DNA from: Alphaproteobacteria bacterium
GTDB taxonomy: Bacteria > Pseudomonadota > Alphaproteobacteria > MPNO01 > UBA830
Reading direction: 5' to 3'
Assembly: GCA_965243135.1 (NCBI GenBank)
Contig: OZ251539.1
Coordinates: 448,001 to 512,000 of the forward strand
DNA length: 64,000 nucleotides
Within the stretch, counting starts at the first letter, position 1. The number at the start of each line of letters is the position of its first letter. A program made the translations under genes and the position numbers. This document shows, piece after piece, positions 1-10,631 of the stretch. The notes below the pieces were generated by a model that was given only the letters and a program-made list of their open reading frames with translations, ran no database searches and was not told the origin of the DNA.

Positions 1-1048
1 AGTTGAAGATCGGGTCTCACTTTCCGGATGTGGGCGACCTCTTCCGCGATCTGCGCTTTCAGCGTTACCTTGCCGGCTTCCGGCATAAAAATACAATGTT
101 TCCAAGCGATTGCCGTCCGCGTCATGGAAACTGACCGTCCCGCAAGACGCTTCGCGCCAGCATGCTTCTTCGCGCCCGTTGGGGCGAAGCGCAACCCCAT
201 CGAGCGAGACAGCGAAAGAAACCGCCTCCGTCGGCACCGGTTTCGCCTTCCGGATTTCGTCCATGGCCGCCTCGCCTTTCTCCTTCCAGAGATCGCCCGC
301 CGTAACCAAAAGACGTTGCAGATGGCTCGTCGACGGGTTCATGCCCCCCAGTTTTTCGAAGAGTTTGACCGCGTCTCTCGGCGTACAGTGGTCCATGATC
401 AGGAGAGCGCGGTAAGCGGCTGGAACCGTGAGATAACCGTCGACCAGCCCCAGGCTTTCATCGACCGGCGAGATGGACGAACTTCCCGAATGCAACCGCG
501 AGCGGGAGAACGTGACAGGACCGAACAATGTGTGGATGGTCTTTTGCGTCGGTGCAGCCCGGTAGAAAACCTGACCCTCCCGGCGAACCGGGCCTTCCTC
601 CACGTCCCGCGCTTCAATGTAATCGCCTACGGCCGCCCGGCAGATCGCGTAGGTATGCTGGAACAACTCGGTTTCGAAACCGGCGAACGCCTCGGAACCC
701 TGATCTTGTCGTTCCACCCACTCCTGGATGAAGGCTGCGGCTGACTGGAATGCCTCGGCAGTCGCCGCGGGGAGCTTCGAGAAATCGATGGACAAACCGG
801 CCGAAGGCTGTAATGCTGGCATGGGAATGCTCCTGATGTTGTGGTTTGATGCCAACATTTTACCGCATCTTGCGGCTTGGAGCATTCCTTTTTTCGCGCC
901 CCCCCCCCCCGCCATCGTGACAAAATCCGCGCCCGGTTGTCACGAAATCGCTGATTTTGGCCTTGAAGCGCTATCGCGCAAACTTTGTTAATCCTTAAAA
1001 ATCAACACCTTATAGATTTTTCAATTTGGCAATATCAGATTTGCACCC
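1..1048 (-). mobile_element. ISKra4-like insertion sequence, copy A (frameshifted; runs off the left window edge)
   Basis: Terminal IR GGGTGCAAATCTGATATTGCCAAA ends at 1048. Transposase fragments (SLDGV, WREASCGTVSF) lie in several frames. Near base-identical to the reverse complement of 28866-29881. Confidence 0.85.
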
Positions 1049-1249
1049 GCCGGAAGCGGCGGGGAAGCGCCGCAGACAGGGCGTGCCGGTCGCGACGGCG
1101 ACTGCGAGGTCGAGAGCGAGGAAAGATTTGCCGCATTTCGGCTCTCCGATGCCGACCGCCTGTTCGCTCCACAGCTGTTCGACGAGCCAGCGCCGCTCCT
1201 GCGGTTGTTCGGCGAGCTCCGCGGGCCGACGGGTGGGGAAAGCATTCAT
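1049..1249 (-). pseudogene. N-terminal fragment of a RecA-like AAA_25 ATPase, cut by IS copy A
   Basis: RRWLVEQLWSEQAVGIGEPKCGKSFLALDLAVAVATG (Walker A); ends at the IS terminus. Confidence 0.65.
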
Positions 1250-2008
1250 GATCGCGCTCCCCTGCGTTTGTCGGGCGTGAAGATCTCGAAGAACAGTTTC
1301 TCGTCGAGTTCGGTGATCTCGCGCTCGGCGGCAGCGGCGAGCAGACTGTCGGCCATCCTGGTGAGGGAGCGGTAGTTGCCGGCGGCATGATCGCAAAGGG
1401 CGTCCTTGAGGCTCTGCGTCATGAGATTCGGGTTGCCGGCTTGCTCGAGGAGGTGGTTGAGGCAGGCGGCGAGTTCTTTTCGTTCGGCGTTGGCCAGGCG
1501 TTGGGCGGGACTCCAAGGGCTGCAACTCGTCGCGCTGCAGCTTGTCGGTAAGGCGCGCATCGCCCGCCAGCACGATGCTGAGAATGGATCGGGAGTCGAA
1601 CTCGGTGGCGGCAAGCAGGCGCAGTTCGCCGAGCACTGCGGGCTGAAGTTCCTGCGCTTCGCAGCAGGACGGGACGCGCCGCTTCGAGGTGGTCCTGCCA
1701 ACGCCCGCGCAGCGCCTTGAAGCCGCCCCTTATGGGGGCGCAACGGCGCCTCGAACAGTTCGCCCGCGATAGAAGTCGGCGAGATTGGACGCGTCAGGGC
1801 GGCAACCACCGTGGTTGCGCGTCAGCCGGTTTGCAAGCAGCCGCAGAACCACGCTCTTGCCTGCGCCTGGTTCGCCGACGGCGAAGCCGCCGTCGCGGCG
1901 CTCTTCGACCCGCCAACAGAAGCTTTCGACCCGTGACGTGACGAACAGTGCCTCGACCGGCAGGCGAGAATGGGTTCCATTTGAGGCCGTGAAGGGAAAG
2001 CAGTCTAC
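1246..2008 (-). pseudogene. ExeA/GspA-like AAA ATPase of a transposon, frameshifted
   Basis: Fragments GEPGAGKSVVLRLL, ELRLLAATEFDSRSILSIVLAG and CDHAAGNYRSL in different frames. Confidence 0.7.
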
Positions 2009-3362
2009 GTTTCCATGTCCTCGTTGCTTGGAAGGAAGGCAGGGGGCAGGCCGGTCGCGGCCGCGTCGTCCAGGATCTGTTTCAGCAGCGGCGCCCCTGC
2101 CGCTGGCGTGGGATCCGTGTCGACCGGCCGCACATGCCGGCGTTCGCCGTCGGCATTGGCGTTCTTGTCGAGCGGGTAGAGCGCGCACAGCCAGGTTCTG
2201 TGCCTGGGATCGACGAGGTCGATCGTCGACAGGTCCCAAGATGCGAGGTGAAGATCCCGCATGTGGCGGTACTGCGACGGCACCTCGCACGCCTTCAAGC
2301 GATAGCGAGCCGTCGCCGCGCCGCTGTCGGCGTATCGCTCCGGTGCGGAACGCGCGCCGCAGCGCCGGGAGGACATTCGCGACCAACGTGGGGGCTTTCA
2401 AGGAAACGGGTTGTCGGCGTGGCGCCGAGTTCCCGGTGGACACGGTTGTTGTAGTCTTTCTGAACCCACGCTTGGGTTGCATCGTTGAGCTGCGCCAGAG
2501 AAAGCGAGTCGACGCCTTGCAGCATCGCCAGCAGGCGACCCTCGATAATCGACCAAAATCGTTCGGCTTTGCCGTTCTGGTTCGGAGAATAAGGCAACGT
2601 GGTGGCATGCAGGATGCCGAGCTCGTGCAGCCCGTCCCGCACCTCGCCTGCGGTCTCCGCCTTGCCGTTGTCGGTCGCCCGCGGCAAGCCGTGTTTCATC
2701 AGTGCCTGCGACAGGCCGTGCACGAAGTTCTGCGCGGTTTCCCCGAGATACCACTGGAGATGACAGGCGAGGCGGGAGTGGAGGACGGCCAGCAGCAACG
2801 GCGTCCGCCATTGCCCTCGCTTGTCAAGCACGCGGAGCGAGCCGTGATGGAAGTCCGCATGCCACAGGCCGTGGGTATGTTTCGTAACTGCGTATCTCGC
2901 ATTGTTCGCGCCGCGCCGCCGCCGCTGCTTCTCCTGCCCGCCTCGGCCGCCGCTTGCGCTGTAGCCCGTGCGCCCGCATGTAACGCGCCAAGGTGGCGTA
3001 AGACGGCAGCGGGCCAAGCGACGGGTCGTTCTCCACCAGTGCATTGAGGTTGTCGTAATGCAGTTGCGCCGACCAGTCGGGATGTTGTTGCGCCTGCAAC
3101 GCTAGCGGCGCGAACAGCGTGCGCGATCGCCCGGCACCGTACCCGGCGGCGGAGAGCGCCGACCGGGCGGCCCGTCGCGCCTGCCAGCGTTCAATCGTCA
3201 CGAAGGAAAACCGCGTCGGTGCGCCGGTCACGCCGCCACTCCTGTCGCGCCAGCCGCTCGACCTCGACGCGCAGTCCCCCGTGCGGCGGCGGCGCCGCCA
3301 GCAAAGGGCCAACGACGGCAAAGCGCAGCCGCGCCCACCGACCTTCGTCTTGTTGCTTCACT
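2005..3362 (-). pseudogene. rve-type DDE transposase/integrase, heavily frameshifted
   Basis: LWHADFHHGS, TDNG, PYSPNQNGKAERFW, YNNRVHRELG and LCALYPLDKNANA spread over several frames. Confidence 0.8.
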
Positions 3363-3395
3363 TCTGTCCGCTCCCGTTTGGTGAGGACGCGGACC

Positions 3396-3957
3396 CTAAA
3401 TTCCCCTCCTCAATCGCAGAAGACGGCAAGTTCTGCGGGCGCGCCATCGCCAAACTTGCTCGTCAACGGCGACAGCCGCTGCAGAAGAGCCATCTGTGAA
3501 TATCTCGACCAGCGATAGCGGAAGTATCTTCGGCGGTTCCGGAAGACGAGCACGCAGCTTGCGCCACAGGGAGGTCTCGACAAAGACCTCGCGCCACCAG
3601 CGCCGCCACCGCTGAAGCGTGCGTTTGTCGATGCACAGACGATCAACGACCGACCGGAACTCGGGACTTCGCTTCCCCTGCGACATGGCTGTCAGGAACA
3701 TGAAGACGAAAGCTACGTACACCCGCCGCGTACCGCACCGAGGGCGGCGTGACGCGCCGACGGCACCCCGCGCAACAGAAACTCAGACGCCGCGCTCCAG
3801 CGATGAGCGGTCGCTCAACGCCGCGAGGCTTTCGCGGACGCGGCATGCAGATTGCCGCCGCAGTGCGGGCAGGTACGGGCCGCCAGGTCCTCGTCTATGC
3901 GTTCGAGAAAAGCCCAGGTTGTGGAGTCGACGGGAAAATCGTGGGACAATGGTCATG
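3396..3957 (-). pseudogene. Zn-ribbon/HTH accessory ORF of the rve-ExeA element, frameshifted
   Basis: RLSFCCAGCRRRVTPPSVR followed by IDKRTLQRWRRWWRE, directly upstream of the transposase. Confidence 0.5.
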
Positions 3958-4338
3958 TCTTCTGGGTGGTCATGAACCCGGAAGACACCCCCTCGGCACT
4001 TGTCTGGCAAGCTCGCCGAGGGGGATCCTCAAATATTTTGATTAAAATCCACAGGAAACATGTGCATATCCCTGCACAGCCACAACAGCGTTCCCGCTGA
4101 AGCGGTTTCCAAGCGCCTCAAGAGATCTGCGCACGAAGAGGGTGATGTCCTCGCCTTGCCTGCGCGAGCGCAGACTCCCGAACCGGCGAGAGCTGGGGAC
4201 AGGTTCTGTCTTGAGCGCAAATGCCGCGAGCCTGCCTGATTTTTGGATTCTCGCTTTCGTAGTGTATAAGAGCGGCTTTCGCGGCGGCCGTTCCTGTCCC
4301 CCTCCCGGCCGTCAAGCGCAGAAATTGGAGGACAGCCG

Positions 4339-5679
4339 ATGATCGCGAACACAGAAGCTCCCAAAAAAGCAAACGCAGCGCCGACGAAGGAATTCTTCGT
4401 CCGAATGATAACCAAGGACATCTCCTTGGAAGACTGCATTCTCGATCTGGTGGACAACTGCCTGGATGGAGCGAGGCGCGCCCATCGGGCTAGAGACGGC
4501 AATGACAACACCGAAAAACCATATGACGGATATTACGCTAAACTGACATTCGATGGCGATGGATTCACGATCAAGGACAATTGCGGCGGAATCAGTATGG
4601 AAAACGCCATCGATTATGCGTTCCGGTTCGGCAAACGTCCGGGTGGACCCGCAGACTTGGAGGCTTCTATTGGTCTCTACGGAATAGGTATGAAGCGTGC
4701 CGTGCTCAAGATCGGGAAGAGTATCGAGGTCCGGAGTTCTACGGAAGTGGAGGCGTTCTTGTGCACTATATCCGTGGATGAATGGCTAGAGCATGACGAT
4801 TGGGAATTCGACATGGATAACGCGAAAGTTTCTGAAATCTCCGGGACTACGATACGAATCCAAGATCTGTGCCACGGCATCGAAAACGAATTCAGCGATG
4901 CCACTTTCACGAACCGTCTTACCGCTATTACGTCGCGAGATTACGCGCTTTTCATTGAGAAAGGATTTAAGATCACAATAAATGGAAAGAACGTTCGGGC
5001 ACACAAGTATACTGTGAGGCGGAGCAACGATTTCGTACCTCTTCGCAAGATCTATAACGATGGAGACGTTCGAGTAGAGATTTTTGCGGGTATGGTCGCA
5101 CTCCCCAATGATGATCGCAAGCCTTTCGACAGAACGGCAACGACAACCCACGGATGGTACGTTCTATGTAATGACCGCGTAGTGCTTGCGGCGGACAAAA
5201 CGGAACGTACGATATGGGGCGTCGCGGGCTGTCGAAGATGGCATCAGCAATATCACGGTTTTGTGGGGATGGTGCTTTTTTACGCTGACGATCCGAGTCT
5301 GCTGCCTTGGACCACGACGAAACGCGGAGTAGACCTCGGCTCGCCTTTATATCGCAGAGCAGTATTGGAAATGAGAAAAGCGACCGAGCCGTGGATTAGG
5401 TACACGGGCAGTCGCAAAAATAATCTTGAAATGGCAAAGGAACTGGAGCGCGGTGCGGGGCCAATTAGTATACTCGAAATACCTACAAATGCAAGGTTTG
5501 GCGTCCCGGAAATTCAGACTGATGATAAAAATCCCATGGTAAAAATTCGCTATGAAAAAACCCGAGATCAAGTGAAGAAGGCGGCAGAAGCCCTCGGTAA
5601 TACGCAATTACCGAACAAGAAAATCGGAGAGAAAACCTTCGAGTATTTTCTGGAAAACGAGACTGATTGGGAGCAATAA
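4339..5679 (+). CDS. GHKL (MORC/MutL-like, HATPase_c_3) ATPase
   Basis: DCILDLVDNCLDG (N box), DNCGGI, SIGLYGIGMKRA, GTTI, then an S5-like region GWYVLCNDRVV...LPWTTTKRG. GGAGG RBS upstream; AT-richer than flanks. Confidence 0.85.
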   Translation: MIANTEAPKKANAAPTKEFFVRMITKDISLEDCILDLVDNCLDGARRAHRARDGNDNTEKPYDGYYAKLTFDGDGFTIKDNCGGISMENAIDYAFRFGKRPGGPADLEASIGLYGIGMKRAVLKIGKSIEVRSSTEVEAFLCTISVDEWLEHDDWEFDMDNAKVSEISGTTIRIQDLCHGIENEFSDATFTNRLTAITSRDYALFIEKGFKITINGKNVRAHKYTVRRSNDFVPLRKIYNDGDVRVEIFAGMVALPNDDRKPFDRTATTTHGWYVLCNDRVVLAADKTERTIWGVAGCRRWHQQYHGFVGMVLFYADDPSLLPWTTTKRGVDLGSPLYRRAVLEMRKATEPWIRYTGSRKNNLEMAKELERGAGPISILEIPTNARFGVPEIQTDDKNPMVKIRYEKTRDQVKKAAEALGNTQLPNKKIGEKTFEYFLENETDWEQ

Positions 5680-5680
5680 T

Positions 5681-6640
5681 GTGTCGTCCTCCGAGCGAAT
5701 AAATTACGCAATCAGGCCCAACAAGGCGATAGAGCGAAAGCTGATGTTCGAAACCCTTGCTGGTCTCATGCCGATTTGCCCATTTAAAGAATATCGGTAT
5801 ATCGGGTTTGGTTCATTGTGGTTTGTCGATTTCATTCTTGCACATAAAACCCTGTCCATAGACGACATGATTTCCATTGAAAGTAACCCCGATATAGCAG
5901 GCCGCGCAGATTTCAACAAACCGTATCGTTGCATTAGTGTACGAGAAGGAGAATGCAACGGTGTGTTACATGAGTTATATGAAATCGATCACGAAGAAAA
6001 GCGTAATTTGGCTTGGTTGGATTACGACGGTAGTCTCAGCGAAAGTATATTGGATGACTTGGAAATTTTATGTAGAATGTCGATGAGCGGCAGTGTTTTA
6101 ATTGTAACACTTAACGCCAATAAAAATAACCTGCCAAAAATAGATGATGACGGGCAACAGATTCACGGCTTGCAGGGTCGGTTGCTAGCTGCCGTTGGGA
6201 AGTTTAAGAATTTAGTCCCGACCGGCACGAATTTCAAGATTGAACCGTATCGGAAATTTTTGGCGTCTTTGTTGTTGGATCATATGGAGAGTTTGATAAG
6301 ATTCACCGGACAAAAATGTCTACCCTTGTTCAATATTTCATATGCCGACGGTGCGCCCATGGTGACGGTCGGGGTTATCATTGCCGATGAGAAGCTGTTT
6401 GAAGCCGTTCAGTCGAAGTTGAATCAACCAAGCCCCTTGGGTCCAATGGACAGAAATACCCAGGTCTCGATTGGCGTTCCAATGTTGACTTGGAAGGAAA
6501 AAATGGAGTTGGATAAAATGATGCCTAGTTCGCACGAAATCCCAGCCGCGGATTTGAGGTTTCCTATAGATGAAGATAAGATTGAGGACTACCGGCGTTT
6601 CTATAAACATTTTCCAATTTACGGCGAGATCACGATATAG
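5681..6640 (+). CDS. Putative SAM-dependent methyltransferase-like protein
   Basis: Rossmann-like YIGFGSLWFVDF...MISIE...AWLDYDG. Starts 1 bp after the ATPase stop. Substrate unknown. Confidence 0.6.
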   Translation: MSSSERINYAIRPNKAIERKLMFETLAGLMPICPFKEYRYIGFGSLWFVDFILAHKTLSIDDMISIESNPDIAGRADFNKPYRCISVREGECNGVLHELYEIDHEEKRNLAWLDYDGSLSESILDDLEILCRMSMSGSVLIVTLNANKNNLPKIDDDGQQIHGLQGRLLAAVGKFKNLVPTGTNFKIEPYRKFLASLLLDHMESLIRFTGQKCLPLFNISYADGAPMVTVGVIIADEKLFEAVQSKLNQPSPLGPMDRNTQVSIGVPMLTWKEKMELDKMMPSSHEIPAADLRFPIDEDKIEDYRRFYKHFPIYGEITI

Positions 6641-7265
6641 CAGCGGCCGGGCGAGGGCGCAGGGTCGATGAATCAACTTACCGATATGTGTTGGCGATGT
6701 CGTGACGTGCGTTCACATTTTCGCATCATAATCGCTGCTGGTTGTTATCAGTCTTTCTCTGTCGATTGTCGTTGGTTCGGAAAACATTCGGTGAGTGATT
6801 TTCAGGGAATTCTCGAGTCCGTGGGTCGGGGATAATGGACGCCTTGACGCCTTTGCCGACCCTACCGATTCATTCGGGAGGTTTCGGCGGCACGCTAGGT
6901 GGTCACAGGCAGGGCTGGTGCCCGTCGCCCCAACCTGGTCGGCTCCTCACAGCCATTGAGCGAGGCGACCCCGATCTCGCCACCATATTGGCATTCCCGG
7001 ACGGTCGCAGCTCGCCAGCGGGCGTCAGGAAGCGCGCGGCGGTCCCTCTGATCGCGCATCCCGTTGGCGTAAAGCTTGATCTTCCAGAAATCTGTCCGGG
7101 TCGCCAGCGTAGTCTCGCGTACCGGTCCGTGGGATGGCGGTGCAAGAAACAGCCATGAACGAAGCCGACCGCACGATGGAAAACCGGGCGTGCCGGAAGC
7201 CGCCTGTCATGAAGACGGTACCGAAATCCGCGTGCGTGCGGCTTTTGGCGCAGGATCATCTCGGG

Positions 7266-7327
7266 ACGGGTGTCCTTGCCGCGAACGGCCGCGCATGATG
7301 GCCGCCGTTCGCGGCAAGGACACCCGT
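7266..7327. repeat. Perfect 24-bp inverted repeat with 14-nt loop (REP/MITE-like hairpin)
   Basis: ACGGGTGTCCTTGCCGCGAACGGC (7266-7289) and its exact reverse complement (7304-7327). Confidence 0.9.
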
Positions 7328-7834
7328 GTCTGCGATTGCTGATCGCCGCTACGGATTTCTCGCGACGAATTTCGTGGGATATATGGTCGTGGTCAACCTT
7401 GTCGCCATCGTCGGCCTCTTTTTCGGCTCCGGAAGGCTTTTCCGATTGTCGCGGGCTGCGCGGGGGAAACACGCTGCAACGCCGAACTGTCCGTCGAGAA
7501 AGATCCATCGGCATATGGGATCCTCCTGCTCCGAGCCCTTCTGCAGAAATTTGACGGCAATTTTCCATCAGGGTATTATGACTTCCTGAGCTACACTGGA
7601 ACTTGGCGGACCGAGGTTCTTATCGGGTAACTGTGCCGATGACTTGGACTGTGGATGGAATGAAATTCTAATGCGGGAGCGGAGAACGCCTTCTTCCCGA
7701 ACTCAGCTTGCGGCTTGTAACTTAGTTATGCTATGCTTGAAGCGATGGATCGCCGCAACTCCACCACCTCGGATATCTCGGCGCTTTTACAGGATTCATC
7801 AAGACGAGCTTCGAGAAACAAGAGGAATCCTGTA

Positions 7835-8665
7835 ATGCCGGAAATATCCAAAGATAGAGCTGTAGAACTCATTAGGCACCAGCTCGATGAGATCCCGGAA
7901 GTAAAGGCTATCGCTCTGACCCGCGAAGCCTTACCTCCGCCTCTCGGAATGGTGACGGCGATTTTTGGAATAGGTAGTAAATTTTATAAATGGCACAGAA
8001 GTACGCTAGTTTGTATTTCCAAAATTTTTGGAGAACGTTCTGAACATTACAAAGAATTGTTGTCAATAAAGTTCCTTCCAGAGTCTTCAAGTTCCAGCCA
8101 AGAACAAAAAAGAGAGGCGCTCGATGTCGGTTTGAATCAAACCGCGGGGATCCTTGAGTCGATGATTGAAGAAATACAGAATTATTGGGACAAGGAACAA
8201 CCTTCCGTCGTTCGGATCAAAAACAGTTCTCAATCGAAGCAAATTTTCGTTGTTCATGGAAGGGATGAAGGCATAAAAGAGACCGCGTCGAGATTTTTAC
8301 GACAACTGAACCTCGAACCGATTATATTGGACGAGCAGGCTAGTCGCGGCGCAACAATCATAGAAAAATTTGAGCGACACACGAATGTCGGATTTGCCTT
8401 AGTGTTATTAACTCCCGATGATGAAGGCTCCCTTCGGGGAGAAGACATTAATCCTCGAGCTCGACAAAATGTCATTTTTGAACTGGGCTTTTTCCTAGGT
8501 TGTCTCGGAAGGGGGCGTGTCATCGTCTTGAAACGGGGTGAAATTGAAATTCCGTCGGACTACACGGGAGTTCTATATATCGAATTGGATGATAACAATG
8601 AATGGAAAATGGCTCTCATCAGGGAACTGAAAAGTGCAGGATGTGAGGTGGAGGAGAGCGGATAA
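7835..8665 (+). CDS. TIR-like nucleotide-binding domain protein (CAP12/Pycsar-effector-type TIR) with helical N-terminus
   Basis: IFVVHGRD, IIEKFE, FALVLLTPDD, RARQNVIFELGFF, EIPSDY. ATG 7835 is preceded by GAGGA. Confidence 0.85.
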   Translation: MPEISKDRAVELIRHQLDEIPEVKAIALTREALPPPLGMVTAIFGIGSKFYKWHRSTLVCISKIFGERSEHYKELLSIKFLPESSSSSQEQKREALDVGLNQTAGILESMIEEIQNYWDKEQPSVVRIKNSSQSKQIFVVHGRDEGIKETASRFLRQLNLEPIILDEQASRGATIIEKFERHTNVGFALVLLTPDDEGSLRGEDINPRARQNVIFELGFFLGCLGRGRVIVLKRGEIEIPSDYTGVLYIELDDNNEWKMALIRELKSAGCEVEESG

Positions 8666-8819
8666 AGTTTATCTTCTTCTCCCCAAATCTTCTCGGGTTT
8701 TCTAAAAAACAGAACAGCTCATCCGTAGTCTTCTGAGCGTCGGCCGCAGGCGTTAACTGGGAAGGGGATGAGGCGTGGCTGACTGGTTGAATAGGATGGT
8801 CTTGCCAAGCTGAAGGCGT

Positions 8820-9257
8820 GGATTGAACACGGATTGACGCCCCTGCATGCGGCGGCGATGCTCAGGGAGGACAAAATTCAGCTTGACATGGCGCTGCCTA
8901 AATCATGCGATGGCGACCGCCTAGACTGAACGCGGATGGACGCCCCTGCAATTCGCGGACGGGTACAACGAGCACTCTTCCACGGTGGGGATACTGCATG
9001 ATCCGTTGGGTGATACTAGTCCGCGCGGGCATCGCAGGAGGCTTCTGAACGCCCGGGATGAAGACGGATCGACGCCTCTACATTTGGCGGCGGCGTTCAG
9101 CGAGACCCCTTCTGTGGTGGAGAAGCTGTTGGAGGCGGGGGCGAATCTCAAAGCGAAGAACGCAAAAGGCAGGATCCTCTATGATCTTGTCTCCGACGAT
9201 TCTCCCTTCAAGGGAACTGATGTTTATTGGTGGCTCCACGAAGGGAGCTTCGAATAA
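8820..9257 (+). pseudogene. Ankyrin-repeat protein remnant
   Basis: GLTPLHAAA, GWTPLQFA and NARDEDGSTPLHLAAAFS...LLEAGANLKAKN, broken by stops and frameshifts. Confidence 0.7.
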
Positions 9258-9478
9258 CGACCCGATCATCCTGCGGCGGCCAGGTTCGGGAAGGAATCGC
9301 AACGAACCCGGCGATTCCCGCTAAAGCCTGAAACTGCAGAACGAAGGATACGGTAAAGAGCTCGCATAGCGGCTGCCCATGGTGCTGAAGGAGACGTTGC
9401 GGTCCTTTGGACCGACAATCGTGCGGCGACTGACCGTTCGTAGGCTGTCAATTCGGTTGTTTAACTTGTTGCTGGCCA

Positions 9479-9930
9479 GTGGACATGCGATCGCACGGCC
9501 GTCCGTCGCAGGCTCTCGTCGCCGCGGCGGTCGTACCGCGCCGTGGTATGCGGGCTGGGCGGGCTGGCATGTCCGGCGAGATGCTGGACAACCGCGATGT
9601 CGGCACCGGCCTTGAGCAGGTCGCTGACGAACGGCCGGCGCAGGTCGTGCGGACTGCAGGGCGCGATGCCCGCTTGCTCGGACCGCCGGTTCAACTGCAT
9701 CATGACGGCTTGCGGCGTCATGGCGCGCATGGCTACGCGTCCGGCCTTGTCGACCGGGCATAGCAGCGGTCCAGGGGCGGGGCCACGAACGGCGGTCCGG
9801 GCATCGACCTCGCTCCCGCGCAGGCGAATACGGTGCGCTCCCTGCTTTCCTTGCTGAGCACGACGACCGCGCCGGTGCCGTAGTCGGAGAGTCGAAGGGA
9901 GACGGCGTCCGTCCGGCGCAGGCTGGCACC
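9479..9930 (-). pseudogene. Tyrosine recombinase remnant, paralogue of 24445-25440
   Basis: CSPHDLRRPFVSDLL...LAGHASP...TTARYDRRG; upstream part frameshifted. Confidence 0.8.
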
Positions 9931-10017
9931 GCGAAATTGGCGCAGTCGTGTTCTTCCTTGAGCCGAAGTCTCGGCAAGGGGTATTCGGAGCCGAGTGGAT
10001 TGTCCGTCCGCCCGTGA

Positions 10018-10386
10018 ATTCCGAAACCCGGCAATGGCGAAGTGCTCAGACGTTCGCCGTGCGCCGCCTGACGCGCGCGATGGGACATCGTTATCGGATT
10101 CACCGAAGAGACCTGCCCGGCAACCCCGGATCTGGTCTTTCCCGCCCGGAGGAAAGCGATCTTCGTCCACGGTTGCTTCTGGCACCGGCAATCCTGCCTG
10201 CGCGAACGGCGTCCGAAATCGAGGCGGGACTACTGGCCTCTGAAACTCAAGCGCAACAAGGGGAGGGATGCCGATAACGCGGCCCGCCTCCTGGAGATGG
10301 GCTGGAAAGCCGTCGCGTTCTGGGAATGCGAAATCGCGGGTCTCGACTCGGTTCGGGTGCGGACGCGGCGGGCAAAGGAAGGCTGA
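10018..10386 (+). pseudogene. vsr: Very-short-patch-repair endonuclease Vsr, frameshifted near 10125
   Basis: RYRIHRRDLPG / PDLVFPARRKAIFVHGCFWH...YWPLKLKRNKGRD...GWKAVAFWECEI. Sits next to a C5 MTase. Confidence 0.8.
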
Positions 10387-10631
10387 AGGCGACTGTGGGG
10401 ACGACGCGTAGCAGGGTGGCGGCCGAGCAAGCGCGAGCCGCGGCTGTCTCGGCGGGGGACGGTCAGATTTTTCGACTCGACAGATGGGCTGCGCTCGTCC
10501 GCGCCGTTGACGAATTCCGAAGACGCCGGTGCGTGACATGGCTCGTAAATACGGCATTTTGTAGGCGAAAAAAATTCCGATCGACATCTGGCGAGTGATT
10601 CGGTTATTGTAGTTGACGGTAGGGAGAAGAG

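Noticed and set aside
6835-7210. Possible IS110-type right end or structured RNA
   Set aside because: No motif I could verify.
7835-8665. Complete CBASS, Pycsar or Thoeris system
   Set aside because: No cyclase or ThsA-like partner in the window.
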